Shown: piece after piece, positions 10,376-20,136 of the stretch
Layout: the number at the start of each line of letters is the position of its first letter
Numbering within the stretch: the first letter of the stretch is position 1
Origin: an uncultured Acidimicrobiia bacterium
Lineage (GTDB): Bacteria > Actinomycetota > Acidimicrobiia > Spongiisociales > ZC4RG35
Assembly: GCA_963761985.1 (NCBI GenBank)
Contig: CAVXIT010000003.1
Location: forward strand, 55,237 to 119,236
DNA: 64,000 nt
Direction: 5' to 3'
Made by a program: the position numbers and the translations under genes
Notes under the pieces: generated by a model
The model's database searches: none
Seen by the model: the letters and a program-made list of their open reading frames with translations, nothing else
Told to the model about the DNA's origin: nothing

Positions 10376-10789
10376 GTGCCAGGAACCTGGGTCCTATATA
10401 CCGACGGCGCTTCGCGCGGTAACCCGGGCCCGGCATCGATCGGAGCCGTTCTCTACAGCTGGGTCGAGGGCGAACCTTTGGTCGAAGTCGATCGCGTCAG
10501 CGAGGCCATCGGGGAGGCCACCAACAACGTGGCCGAATACCGCGCCGTAATCGCGGGGCTCAAGATTGCTCAGGCCCAGGAGCCGGATTTGCTCTGGTTG
10601 CGAGCGGACAGCTTGCTCTTGATCCGACAACTCGAAGGTCGGTTCAAAGTCAAGAATCCTGCTCTGATCGAACTCCATCGCCAGGCTCGCGCCTCCCTCG
10701 AGAACTTTCCTTATCGCCTGGAGCACGTGCCTCGCGAGCAGAACACCGTGGCCGATCGCCTGGCGAATCTCGCGCTCGACCTCAGGTAG
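10376..10789 (+). CDS. rnhA: Ribonuclease H family protein
   Basis: 'YTDGASRGNPGPASIGAVLY', 'NNVAEYRAVIAGL', 'HVPREQNTVADRLAN'. Confidence 0.8.
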   Translation: MPGTWVLYTDGASRGNPGPASIGAVLYSWVEGEPLVEVDRVSEAIGEATNNVAEYRAVIAGLKIAQAQEPDLLWLRADSLLLIRQLEGRFKVKNPALIELHRQARASLENFPYRLEHVPREQNTVADRLANLALDLR

Positions 10790-10792
10790 ACC

Positions 10793-11236
10793 TTGCTCCT
10801 CTGGCACGTCGCTGGCGCCATCTTCTTGTTCGGATGGATCTTTCGCGATCCCAAAGTCGACGTCCGCCTGTTGGCTTTGGGCGCCTTGACCCCTGACGTT
10901 GTCGACTTCGTCGTCGGGCTTTTTGTGGGTGGTGTCACAGTGTCCCGGATCGGCCACTCGCTCCTCCTTCCGACTCTGACCGCTGTGGCAATTCTCCTGA
11001 CGACCCGGCGCGGACGTCGCCGGCGGAATTTGATGACCCTGGTGGTCGCCTGGCTTTTTCACCTCGTGCTGCAAGGGACTTGGTTCGATGGCGAGGTCTT
11101 CCTTTGGCCGTTCCTCGGCGCGGAGCTGGCGCCATCCCTGCCGGGCACCATCTGGACGCGCGCCGCTGAACCCTGGCGCTGGGTGAAGGAAGCGGCCGGC
11201 TTTGTCTACCTGTGGACCCGGCTACGGTCGCCCTGA
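10793..11236 (+). CDS. Membrane-bound metal-dependent hydrolase-like protein (YdjM/DUF457-like)
   Basis: 147-aa hydrophobic ORF packed tightly between neighbours. Contains 'LTPDVVDFVVG...HSLLLP'. Confidence 0.45.
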   Translation: MLLWHVAGAIFLFGWIFRDPKVDVRLLALGALTPDVVDFVVGLFVGGVTVSRIGHSLLLPTLTAVAILLTTRRGRRRRNLMTLVVAWLFHLVLQGTWFDGEVFLWPFLGAELAPSLPGTIWTRAAEPWRWVKEAAGFVYLWTRLRSP

Positions 11237-12210
11237 TGGAGCTTGCCGTCAGCGCGACCAGCCCGGGATGGTCCGTCGCTCAGCTGGCTGAGCTGTGCGA
11301 GTTCGCTGAAGGGCTCGGATTTCGACAGGCTTGGGAAGCCGAAGTGGCGGGACCCGATCCGTTCGTTCTCGCCACGGCCATCGCGGCACGCACCAAAACA
11401 ATGGAGATAGGTGTAGCCGCGGTTCCCGTCTACACGCGCAGCGCTACCACGTTGGCGACATCGGCTCTCTCGGTTAGCAACGTGCTCGGTGGGCGGACCT
11501 TTCGTCTAGGCCTGGGCAGCTCGAGCGAGGTGATCGTCTCGGGATGGCACGGCCTGGATTTCACGGACCATCTCCGCCGGGTGCGGGAAACGGTCGAAAG
11601 CATCCGGGCGATTCTCAATGGGGACGCTGAGTACGTCGGAAAGACCATTTCGATGAGGAAGTTTCGACCAGCTGTGTCTCCCGCGGGTCCAGTTGAGGTC
11701 TGGGTGGCAGGCCTGCGACCGCGCATGCTGGCGCTGGCCGGAGCTGTCGCAGATGGCGTGTGTCTCAATCTGATGCCGCCTCGTGTCGTCTACGACCAAC
11801 TCGCTGCGGTAGCGGGCGGGGCTGAATCCGCAGGCAGAGAGACTCCGAAAGGGGTAATGGCGCGCCTTCAGGTGCTGGTGACCGATAACGCTCGATCAGC
11901 GCGCGCAATGCTCCGCTCCGAGTTTCTCGGTCCGTATCTGGCTCAACCGGTATACAACCGCTTCCTCGATTGGATGGGATATCCCGAGGAGGCCCAAGCC
12001 ATCGCAGAGGCGTGGGGCCGGCGCGATCGGTCGGCGTTGGCCGCCTCGATTCCCGATCGCCTGGTTGATGAGCTTGCTCTGATCGGCAATCGTTCCGAGG
12101 TCAGGGCACGCCTCGACGACTTCGCGGAGGCGGGGGTGACCGTGGCCGCCATATCCGTTCTGGTTCCGGACCGTCAGGTCGTCGAAGAAACTCTGCGATC
12201 CCTAGTTTGA
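11236..12210 (+). CDS. LLM-class (luciferase-like) flavin/F420-dependent oxidoreductase
   Basis: ATG 11236 overlaps the upstream stop (TGATG). 'LGFRQAWEAEVAGPDPFVLATAIAARTKTMEIGVAAVPVYTRS'. Confidence 0.75.
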   Translation: MELAVSATSPGWSVAQLAELCEFAEGLGFRQAWEAEVAGPDPFVLATAIAARTKTMEIGVAAVPVYTRSATTLATSALSVSNVLGGRTFRLGLGSSSEVIVSGWHGLDFTDHLRRVRETVESIRAILNGDAEYVGKTISMRKFRPAVSPAGPVEVWVAGLRPRMLALAGAVADGVCLNLMPPRVVYDQLAAVAGGAESAGRETPKGVMARLQVLVTDNARSARAMLRSEFLGPYLAQPVYNRFLDWMGYPEEAQAIAEAWGRRDRSALAASIPDRLVDELALIGNRSEVRARLDDFAEAGVTVAAISVLVPDRQVVEETLRSLV

Positions 12211-12223
12211 CTACCAGCCCTGA

Positions 12224-12919
12224 CTACCAGACCGGCCAGGGAATCGCCGGACGATCGGTCGGCGGGGCGGGATGGGTCCCCGCGGACAACAGGTCGGCCA
12301 CGCGCCGTTGCAGGGCCGTGAGCGCACTCGCATCGAGAAGTCTGGCCATGATCCTCCCAAGGTCATCGGAGAGCGCGACCTTGACGGTCGCGAGCGCCTG
12401 CAAGTGCTCTGTCGGGATTTGGCGGCCGGCCAATCCCCACAGCACCGTCCGCAATTTCGGTTCAGGGTGGAAGGTGAGGCCGTTGTCGATGGCCCAGAGG
12501 TGACCGTTTTCGGATAACAGATGGCCGAGCTTGCGGTCGGCGTTGTTGGAGATGACGTCGAGTATTGCCAGCGGCCAAAGCGCCTCGTTGACCAACGGAA
12601 CAAAGAGAGGGCGCGGGTCGAAGTCTTCGTCAGCCTCGACGAATCGTTGAGCGGAGCCCGGACCAAGGGGACCATCGGCCAGCGCGGTATAGGGGATGAG
12701 GCTGAAACCGAGCGCTTCGGATAGCAGGTAGGTCGCCACCTCCCGACGCGGCAATGTCGTGGCGTCGAAGTCCCAAAGCTCGGTCATCGCCCGCTCCGCT
12801 TTGTACACCCATTTGTCCCCGGCCGCGTCTTTGGCGAGCAAGGTGAGGTTGGACGCTGAAACGAACTCACCGATGATCTCGGTCAGTTCGACGCGCGGCT
12901 GATCAGATGTGATGACCAT
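12224..12919 (-). CDS. SCO1664-family protein (PI3/4-kinase-like fold)
   Basis: 'ASNLTLLAKDAAGDKWVYKAERAMTELWDF...REVATYLLSEALGF...ISNNADRKLGHLL'. Conserved actinobacterial triad with the next two genes. Confidence 0.7.
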   Translation of the reverse strand: MVITSDQPRVELTEIIGEFVSASNLTLLAKDAAGDKWVYKAERAMTELWDFDATTLPRREVATYLLSEALGFSLIPYTALADGPLGPGSAQRFVEADEDFDPRPLFVPLVNEALWPLAILDVISNNADRKLGHLLSENGHLWAIDNGLTFHPEPKLRTVLWGLAGRQIPTEHLQALATVKVALSDDLGRIMARLLDASALTALQRRVADLLSAGTHPAPPTDRPAIPWPVW

Positions 12920-13394
12920 TGCTCGAAGGGCAGCGGTGACCTTCTGGATTCATCGGTAGCTGACAACGCGGACAAATCGGTCGTCCTGCTGCGACGACTT
13001 TTGCGGCGACCAGGGCCATGGCCCGGAATTGCTCGGCGGTGACAATGAAGCGGACCTCGTCTTCCGCCTCTTCTGACCCGAACACCAAGGTGATGAACTC
13101 GTTCGCCACGATGGCGATCGCGATCGTTGAAACGCGAAACGACAGCGATTCGGGTTGGGTGATCTCGAGGCCGCTCGCCACCAGATGTTCGACCGCTCCT
13201 TCGTCGATGTTCAAACCGGCGGCAGACAAGAGTTGTAGCCCCCGCTCGGCGAGGTCGGCGACCTGGGTCTTCTCGCAAGGAAATGTGTGGACCTCGGCAT
13301 TGGCCGTCACCTCGAGGAAGAAGAATCGGGAACCTGGCTCGCCGATGGCGCCGGCGACAAATCGTTCTGCCGGTCCGAGGTCTTTCAATGCCAT
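12903..13394 (-). CDS. DUF3090-family protein
   Basis: 'FVAGAIGEPGSRFFFLEV...CEKTQVADLAER...GRPICPRCQLPMNPEGHRCP'. Confidence 0.7.
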   Translation of the reverse strand: MALKDLGPAERFVAGAIGEPGSRFFFLEVTANAEVHTFPCEKTQVADLAERGLQLLSAAGLNIDEGAVEHLVASGLEITQPESLSFRVSTIAIAIVANEFITLVFGSEEAEDEVRFIVTAEQFRAMALVAAKVVAAGRPICPRCQLPMNPEGHRCPSSNGHHI

Positions 13395-13990
13395 GTCGAG
13401 GGATCTCCGTTGCTATTGAGCGCAAGCAACCGCGGCCAGGTTCCCAGATCGAGAACGGTCACCGAGGCAGGCGCAACCGCAATGCGGTTGAAAAGGTCGA
13501 GCGGCTGTCCCAGATAGTGGGAAGCAATGGCCTTGATCGGGTCACCGTGGCTGACGAGGGCGATGGTGGCTTGGCGATGACGCGCGGCTAATTCTTCGCA
13601 CGTTGCGACTGCCCTCTGCTGAGCCGCGAGAATCGTTTCACCGCCCGGAAACCCGGCGCGGGAGGGGGTTTTGATCACCGTCTGCCAGTTTCGCAGCGGA
13701 CGCAATGACTTCATGGTCCGCCCCGACCATTTTCCATAGTCCACTTCGAGCAGGCCGGGATGGGGTATGACCTTCCGCTTCTGCCGGGCCGCGATGGGTG
13801 CGGCCGTCTCCATGGCGCGTTCGAGCGGCGATGAGTAGATGGCGCTAATTCGGATGCTCGAGAGGCGCTCGCCCAGTTTCTCGGCCATCTGCTGGCCCTG
13901 TTCGTTCAACGAGTAACCGGCGAGGCGGCCGCTCAACGAACGACCGGTCTCCCTCGTCGGAGCATGCCTGATCAGCAGAAGTCGGGCCAC
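13385..13990 (-). CDS. Histidine phosphatase family protein (MSMEG_4193-type putative phosphomutase)
   Basis: 'LLLIRHAPT...' RH motif and 'VSHGDPIKA' second His motif. Confidence 0.8.
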   Translation of the reverse strand: MARLLLIRHAPTRETGRSLSGRLAGYSLNEQGQQMAEKLGERLSSIRISAIYSSPLERAMETAAPIAARQKRKVIPHPGLLEVDYGKWSGRTMKSLRPLRNWQTVIKTPSRAGFPGGETILAAQQRAVATCEELAARHRQATIALVSHGDPIKAIASHYLGQPLDLFNRIAVAPASVTVLDLGTWPRLLALNSNGDPSTWH

Positions 13991-14022
13991 AGAACGAGGG
14001 TAATTCAGTGGGCGGTTGCTTA

Positions 14023-14703
14023 TCAGACCAGGCGCAATTGGCCCGAGTCCTCTAGCGGGTCCTGGAGTCGCGAGTCGTTGTTGCGCACGCTGTTGACGCG
14101 GCTTGACACCGTCTTTTCCATCCAGAGCTCGGGATCGATCGGCTCGAGCAAAGCCCGCGCGGCTTCACGATCGGTCTGCTCCCGATCGAGCCACTCATCC
14201 CAATTGGCGGGATTGAGCGCAATCGGCATCCGGTTGTGGATCGGTTCGATGACTCCAGTTGATTGCGCAGTGAGAATGGCGCACGTCCGAACCCATTCGC
14301 CGTCGGGGTCTTTTCGGCTCGCCCACACGCCGGCGAACCCAACCGGGTAACCATCGGCGCGAAACACCCAATGCGGGGTCTTGGTTCCTGGCTCCCATTC
14401 GTAGAACCCATCGGCGGGGATGATGCAGCGCTTCCGCGCGAATGAGTCCCGAAAAGCGGGTGCTGTGGCCACCGTTTCAGAACGGGCGTTGATCTGGATC
14501 GACTTGGTGTCTTTCGCCCAATGCGGGACGAGACCCCACTGCATCGTTCCGAGACTTCGCTCGCCGTCGCGTTCTGCCACCACGTACACCGCGTCTGTCG
14601 GCGCGACGTTCCACGACGGCGCCAACGCAGGCGAGGCTGGGTCGGCGCCGAAATACTCGGCGTAGAAGTCGATGTCGCCTGACAAGGAGAATCGCCCGCA
14701 CAT
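14023..14703 (-). CDS. SOS response-associated peptidase (SRAP/YedK family, abasic-site sensor)
   Basis: Starts 'MCGRFSL' (catalytic Cys2). Also 'APSWNVAPT', 'WGLVPHWAKD', 'INARSETV' and 'RCIIPADGFYEW'. Confidence 0.85.
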   Translation of the reverse strand: MCGRFSLSGDIDFYAEYFGADPASPALAPSWNVAPTDAVYVVAERDGERSLGTMQWGLVPHWAKDTKSIQINARSETVATAPAFRDSFARKRCIIPADGFYEWEPGTKTPHWVFRADGYPVGFAGVWASRKDPDGEWVRTCAILTAQSTGVIEPIHNRMPIALNPANWDEWLDREQTDREAARALLEPIDPELWMEKTVSSRVNSVRNNDSRLQDPLEDSGQLRLV

Positions 14704-14710
14704 TTCTAGA

Positions 14711-14768
14711 TTTCAGACATCAGACATCAGATTTCAGATCGGTACCAGTCTGATGTCTGAAGTCTGAT
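14711..14768. repeat. Heptad-phased TCAGA palindromic element (site A)
   Basis: 'tttcaga catcaga catcaga tttcaga tcggtaccag tctgatg tctgaag tctgatt'. 14713..14731 can pair with 14749..14767 (19 bp, 1 mismatch). It sits 8 nt upstream of the SRAP start codon. Confidence 0.7.
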
Positions 14769-14785
14769 TTGCGTCTTTAGGGTGG

Positions 14786-14813
14786 CCGGCGCCGACCTTG
14801 CGATCGGCGCCGG
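14786..14813 (-). terminator. GC hairpin just 3' of rnpB
   Basis: 'CCGGCGCCGA-ccttgcga-TCGGCGCCGG' is a perfect 10-bp stem. No clear U-tract follows. Confidence 0.4.
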
Positions 14814-14820
14814 AGCCACG

Positions 14821-15173
<353 letters not shown>

Positions 15174-15636
15174 CACCATTGTACCGGCGCCGGTATCCGA
15201 TCGTCCCCGCTACGCCGCCGATGACGGTGGCGGTAACCGCGAGCAGGAGGACGGCAGAGATCGGCGTCGAGCTGCCGCCGAGACCGGAAACGACAACGAC
15301 AACTGCGGCCAGAACCAAAGCCGTGATCGACCCGTGGAAGCGTCCGTTGACCCGAGCCATCTGGCCGGCGACAAAGCCGGCCACCGCCATGCCCAGCAGG
15401 ACGGCGATGGTCAGAGCGAGGCCCGCCAATGTCTCGGATCGAGCGGCCCGGGCAGCGAAAACCAAGGCAAGAAAGATCAGGCCGCTTCCCAAGGCGCCCG
15501 CCGCCAACCCGAGTAGTACCGCCTCGACTCGCAGAACGCCCAGCATCAATCAACCAGCACTAGTCAGCTCAATCCCGGCCCGGCGTCGACTGGGTCAATA
15601 TCCTGAATCGGCGAGTTGCCTGCAAAGGAGGTGTCG

Positions 15637-16292
15637 GTGTCGATCAATAAGTACCTGGCCGAGGCGGTGGGCACCTTCATATTGGTGTTTGTCGGCTCGA
15701 TGTCGGTACTCGCCGCCGCAGCGACTCCGGAGTGCCGGTAATGGTGGCCGTGCCTCTTGGCTTTGGATTGGGGCTGATGGCCGCGATTTTCGCCGTAGGC
15801 CATGTCTCCGGGGGACACTTCAACCCCGCGGTCACTTTGGCGATGTGGCTGGATAGGCGGACCTCTTCGTCCGACCTCATTGGCTACTGGATCGGCCAGT
15901 TTGTGGGCGGGATCCTCGCCTCGCGCGTCGTCCTCGCGGCAACAAGCCGAGATGGTGTTGAGGCGACGGTAAACCGTCCGCTCGAGGGCAGCCGAGTACG
16001 GGTTGCTGATGGAGTTCGTGCTTACCCTGATCTTCGTTCTGGTGATCCTCGCATCGACCGAAAAGGCGCCGGCTGTCGCGGGACTTGGTGATCCCTTTCA
16101 CACTTGCGGCGGTGCACCTCGCCGGGATCCCGTTCTCGGGCGCCTCGGTCAATCCGGCCCGTTCGTTCGGGCCCGCCCTGGTCAGCGGCTCCTTCAACCA
16201 GGTATGGATCTACCTGGTCGCGCCCCTTGGCCGGGGCCGCGGTGGCATGGGTGTTTTGGCGCATGTTTGGCGGCGACGAACCCGAGGCTTGA
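15637..16292 (+). pseudogene. Aquaporin / MIP-family channel, about 4 frameshifts
   Basis: RBS 'AAAGGAGG' then GTG 15637. 'VSINKYLAEAVGTFILVFVGSMSVLAAA' stops at 15739. The first NPA piece 'GHVSGGHFNPAVTLAMW' is in 15732..16091. '[15 protein letters not shown]' starts at 16003. The second NPA piece '[20 protein letters not shown]' is in 16085..16369. The C-terminus '[18 protein letters not shown]' is in 16104..16292. All are in different frames. Confidence 0.7.
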
Positions 16293-16365
16293 TCCGCAGC
16301 GGCGCTGAAACCTCGTTCTGTGGGCTGATGACGGCGTACAACGCCGCCAACAACCCTGGGTTCGG

Positions 16366-16797
16366 CTAAAGGTCGTCTTCCGAGAGGTCCTCGAGGCCGG
16401 CGACCCAGCCGGTGGGGAGTTGCCAGTGGCGGGCGCCGGCCACGACCCGGCGCATCAAATCGGCCGACGGGCGGTTGCGCTCGCTGTTGGAGGGGTGCGC
16501 GAACACTGCCACCGGATACTTGTTGCCAGACCGGTCGACGGCCTTGACGTCCTTCATCGGTTTCTGGCCGAAGGTCGCCTCGTGGGCCGTTATCGCTTTC
16601 AGCTCGGCGTTTGTGATCTCGAAAACCGCACCCCAAACGGTGTTGCCCGCGGCGAGTTCGATCGAGGGCCGTCCGTCCGCGGTGGGAAAAGTCAACTTGG
16701 TTTCCGGGAGATGGGCGATGAACTGGAAGTTGGCCTTGGGGGCAAGGGCTTGCAGCTGCTCGGGGTCCATCAGCCCGCTGTAGGAAAAAAAGAGCAT
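16366..16797 (-). CDS. Gamma-glutamylcyclotransferase (AIG2/GGACT-like) family protein
   Basis: '[15 protein letters not shown]...[11 protein letters not shown]'. Confidence 0.65.
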   Translation of the reverse strand: MLFFSYSGLMDPEQLQALAPKANFQFIAHLPETKLTFPTADGRPSIELAAGNTVWGAVFEITNAELKAITAHEATFGQKPMKDVKAVDRSGNKYPVAVFAHPSNSERNRPSADLMRRVVAGARHWQLPTGWVAGLEDLSEDDL

Positions 16798-16856
16798 CGG
16801 TGAGGCCGGAATTGTACCGGGGGCGGGATTCGGGCCGGGGATACACTCGCCCGCCC

Positions 16857-17882
16857 ATGGACTGGCCGTCCGTCCTCTCCCAGCTGACTTCTCGCCTTGA
16901 CCTCGATCGGGTCAACGCTCGCGAGGCGATGGCGGAGGTGATGGCGGGGAGCGCTACCCCGGCCCAGGTCGCGGCTCTCATTGTCGCCTGGCGCATGAAG
17001 GGCGAGACCACCGAGGAGATGACCGGGATGGTCGAGGCCATTCGGGAAGCCGCGGTACCAGTTCCGGTCGCTGGCGACGATTTGGTTGACCTCGTCGGGA
17101 CCGGCGGTGATCGAACCGGCACCTTCAATATCTCAACCGCCGCCGCCCTCGTGGCGGCCGGAGCGGGAGCGAAAATGGCCAAACACGGCAACCGTTCCAT
17201 TTCTTCTCAATGCGGTTCCGCCGACGTGCTCGAGGAACTGGGACTGGTGATCGAACTGTCTGTGGAGGCCAACCTGAAACTCCTGGCCGAAACCAACTTC
17301 GCTTTCTTCTTTGCCCCGCTTTATCACCCCTCCTTTCGCCACGCTGGCCCGGTGCGCCGCGAGCTCGGGATTCGGACGATTTTCAATTTTCTCGGGCCGC
17401 TGGCCAACCCGGCTGGGGCGCGCCGGCAGGCGGTCGGGGTCTCCGACCCCCAGATGGCGGAACGGATGATCGGCGTGCTCGAAAATCTCGGTTCGATCTC
17501 ATCCTTCGTCTTCAGCGGGGACGGGGGAGTCGACGAGATCGTGCCTACCGGGCCGACCCTCATCTATCGATTGGCCGAGGGCGAAGTAACCCATGCCGAG
17601 TTCACCCCCGAGGATTTCGGTGTCAGACGCATCGAGCTTTCCGAGGTGGCCGGGGGGAAAGCACCGGAAAACGCCCGGATCCTTCGCTCGGTTCTCGAAG
17701 GAGAGGGCGGTGCCCGTCGCGACGCCGTGCTGATCAACGCGGCGCCGGCGCTGGTGGTCGCCGGCCTCGCCCCGGGTTTTGCCGAAGGGATTGAACTGGC
17801 TCGACAATCGATCGACAGCGGAGCAGCCGCCGGGGTGCTTGACCGCACCGTGTCGAGAAGCCGGGAGCTCGCCGTAACCTGA
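16857..17882 (+). CDS. trpD: Anthranilate phosphoribosyltransferase
   Basis: 'AQVAALIVAWRMKGETTEEM', 'DLVGTGGDRTGTFNISTAAALVAAGAGAKMAKHGNRSISSQCGSADVLE'. Confidence 0.9.
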   Translation: MDWPSVLSQLTSRLDLDRVNAREAMAEVMAGSATPAQVAALIVAWRMKGETTEEMTGMVEAIREAAVPVPVAGDDLVDLVGTGGDRTGTFNISTAAALVAAGAGAKMAKHGNRSISSQCGSADVLEELGLVIELSVEANLKLLAETNFAFFFAPLYHPSFRHAGPVRRELGIRTIFNFLGPLANPAGARRQAVGVSDPQMAERMIGVLENLGSISSFVFSGDGGVDEIVPTGPTLIYRLAEGEVTHAEFTPEDFGVRRIELSEVAGGKAPENARILRSVLEGEGGARRDAVLINAAPALVVAGLAPGFAEGIELARQSIDSGAAAGVLDRTVSRSRELAVT

Positions 17883-17902
17883 GGCTGCCGTAATCTCAAA
17901 CG

Positions 17903-18355
17903 GTGCATGTCGAGGCGGAGGAAATGGTCAGAGCTCTCCGCCGTTCGGGCCTGCGCATCACCGCTTCCCGCCAAGCCATCTGCGAGGTGCTGGCCACCGA
18001 TCACCACGACCACTTGACCGCCAGCGACCTCCTCGCCAAGGTCAATGGGCGCCTTGGCTCCCACGTCGCTCCTTCGACTATTTACCGAACGATCGACGCT
18101 TTGGAGACCGAGGGATTGCTGCAGCACGTGCATCTCGGCCATGGACCTGCCGTCCTCCATCTGAGCGACGACTCCTCCCACCATCATCTGGTGTGCGAGA
18201 TCTGTGGACGGACTGTTGACATCGACACCGGCGCATTTGACGCTGCTATCGGGCTTCTGGCTAAACGAAACGGGTTCGCACCGAGCTCGGTTCACTACGC
18301 CTTGATCGGGCACTGCACGGCGTGTGCCGCTACCATTGCAACTCAGTTGCAATAA
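17903..18355 (+). CDS. Fur-family metalloregulator (possibly Ni/Co responsive, given its neighbours)
   Basis: 'LRITASRQAICEVLA...', 'HHHLVCEICGRTVDI' and a C-terminal 'CTAC'. It sits directly upstream of cbiM. Confidence 0.8.
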   Translation: MHVEAEEMVRALRRSGLRITASRQAICEVLATDHHDHLTASDLLAKVNGRLGSHVAPSTIYRTIDALETEGLLQHVHLGHGPAVLHLSDDSSHHHLVCEICGRTVDIDTGAFDAAIGLLAKRNGFAPSSVHYALIGHCTACAATIATQLQ

Positions 18356-18392
18356 GCCCATATTCTCACTACTGGCAAGCAAGAGATCTCTT

Positions 18393-19370
18393 ATGCACAT
18401 GCCCGACGGTTATATCAATCTCGCCACTTCGGCCGGAGCCGCAGTTGTGGCTGCGGGTGGGGTAGCAACTTCGCTGCGGAATAGCGCCAAAGAGCTCGCT
18501 GAACGTCAGGTTCCGTTGGCGGGGTTGACCGCGGCCTACGTGTTCGCAGTACAAATGCTCAACTTTCCCGTGGCCGCAGGCACCTCGGGCCATCTGCTCG
18601 GCGGCGCCCTCGCCGCGATCCTCCTCGGTCCAACGTTGGGCGCCTTGGTGGTCACGGTGGTGGTGGTGATCCAGGCCCTCCTCTTCGCCGACGGGGGAGT
18701 GAGCGCGCTGGGCCTCAACGTGCTCAACATGGCGCTGGTGACCGCCGTCGTCGGATGGCTGGTGTTTCGCTGGCTGATGAAGGTCCTGCCGGCCAGGACT
18801 TCCTCAGCTCTGGTCGCATCGATGGTGGCGGCGGCCGTTTCGGTTGTGGGGTCGTCGATCGCGTTCGTTATCGAATACACCCTCGGCGGCCAAGGTGGAG
18901 TTGCAGTGGGCACCGTGCTCCGGGCCATGGTCGGGGTACATGCCTTGATTGGCGTCGGGGAGGGATTGATCACCGCGTTGACAGTGGGCACCGTCCTGGC
19001 CGTGCGTCCTGATCTCGTCAAAGGAGTAGCCGATCGACCCCTCGTGGCCGACCGCACCGCGCCGAGCGGGGCGACTATGACCGCCTTCGTAGTCGGCGGC
19101 TTGATCGCCGCTCTGGTCCTGGTGTTTGTGCTTGCCCCAATTGCCTCCTCATCCCCTGACGGACTTGAGAAGGTGGCGCTCGACACCGGGTTTAGCGAGA
19201 CCGCGACGGACCATCCGGTGGGAGGCCCGCTGGCCGACTACGGAGTGAGCGGGGTTCAAAGCGAGCGGGCCGGCACGGTCCTCGCCGGCACGATCGGAGT
19301 CGTGGCCACCTTTGCGGTGGGCCTGGGGATCGCGGCCTTGCTCAGGCGACGCCGCCAGCTGAGCGGATAA
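18393..19370 (+). CDS. cbiM: ECF-type cobalt/nickel transporter substrate component CbiM/NikM with C-terminal PDGLE domain
   Basis: Starts 'MHMPDGY'. Multiple TM spans. C-terminal 'SSSPDGLEKVALDTGF'. The 12-bp palindrome AAGAGATCTCTT (18381..18392) abuts the start codon. Confidence 0.8.
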   Translation: MHMPDGYINLATSAGAAVVAAGGVATSLRNSAKELAERQVPLAGLTAAYVFAVQMLNFPVAAGTSGHLLGGALAAILLGPTLGALVVTVVVVIQALLFADGGVSALGLNVLNMALVTAVVGWLVFRWLMKVLPARTSSALVASMVAAAVSVVGSSIAFVIEYTLGGQGGVAVGTVLRAMVGVHALIGVGEGLITALTVGTVLAVRPDLVKGVADRPLVADRTAPSGATMTAFVVGGLIAALVLVFVLAPIASSSPDGLEKVALDTGFSETATDHPVGGPLADYGVSGVQSERAGTVLAGTIGVVATFAVGLGIAALLRRRRQLSG

Positions 19371-19374
19371 CGCC

Positions 19375-20136
19375 TTGAGCGGATCGCACGCGCACGCCCT
19401 CCATTTCCACGGGCACAGCGCGGTGCATCACCTACCCGCCGAGACCAAGCTCATTGGACTCTTGCTCTTCGTGCTGAGCGTGGTCTCTACTCCACCCTCG
19501 GTGATGTGGGCCTTCAGCGGCTACGCCTTGATACTGATGATCGTTCTCGGGCTTTCCGAGGTGCCGGCCAAGTTCTTCATCACGCGTATGGCGATCGACC
19601 TGCCCTTCGTCCTCTTTGCCTTGTTGATCCCGTTCGTCGGTCTGCCTCCCAAGATCAGTTTGGGCCCACTCTCGGTTTCAGAACCCGGTCTCTTGAGCGC
19701 GTGGAACATCCTGGTCAAAGCCACTCTCGGCACAGGTGCGTCCGTGCTGCTGGCCGCCACGACCGAGATCCCCGACCTGCTGAGAGGCCTGCAGCGGTTG
19801 AAGGTGCCAACCATCCTGGTCGCCATTGCCTCATTCATGATTCGGTATCTCGATGTCGTCGCCGGCGAGTTCCGGCGCACACGGGTTGCGATGGCGGCTC
19901 GCGGGCACAACCCACGGACCCTTTTCGACGCCAAGCCTTTAGCCGTCGCGAGTGGGGCGCTCTTTATCCGGTCCTACGAGCGAGGGGAGCGAGTCCATCA
20001 AGCAATGCTGGCCCGCGGCTACACCGGCACCTGGCCCCTCACGGGTCAAGCGACCATCCCATGGCAAACCTGGGCCAGAGGACTCGCACCTGCTGTTGGC
20101 GCTATGACCATCGCGATCGTGGCCAGATTGCTTTGA
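19375..20136 (+). CDS. cbiQ: ECF transporter transmembrane (T) component CbiQ
   Basis: 'IRYLDVVAGEFRRTRVAMAARG' (the ARG motif region). Confidence 0.8.
   Translation: MSGSHAHALHFHGHSAVHHLPAETKLIGLLLFVLSVVSTPPSVMWAFSGYALILMIVLGLSEVPAKFFITRMAIDLPFVLFALLIPFVGLPPKISLGPLSVSEPGLLSAWNILVKATLGTGASVLLAATTEIPDLLRGLQRLKVPTILVAIASFMIRYLDVVAGEFRRTRVAMAARGHNPRTLFDAKPLAVASGALFIRSYERGERVHQAMLARGYTGTWPLTGQATIPWQTWARGLAPAVGAMTIAIVARLL

Noticed and set aside
16022-17200. 392-aa minus-strand ORF antisense to trpD, the GGCT-like gene and the aquaporin remnant
   Set aside because: Arg/Pro/Gly-rich with no motifs. It overlaps two well-supported genes, so it is an out-of-frame artefact.
18381-18392. 12-bp perfect palindrome AAGAGATCTCTT abutting the cbiM start codon, as a Fur/Nur operator
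   Set aside because: It does not resemble the Fur or Nur box consensus sequences I know. It lies inside a probable co-transcript only 1 nt from the ATG. It is noted in the cbiM evidence but is too weak for a separate call.
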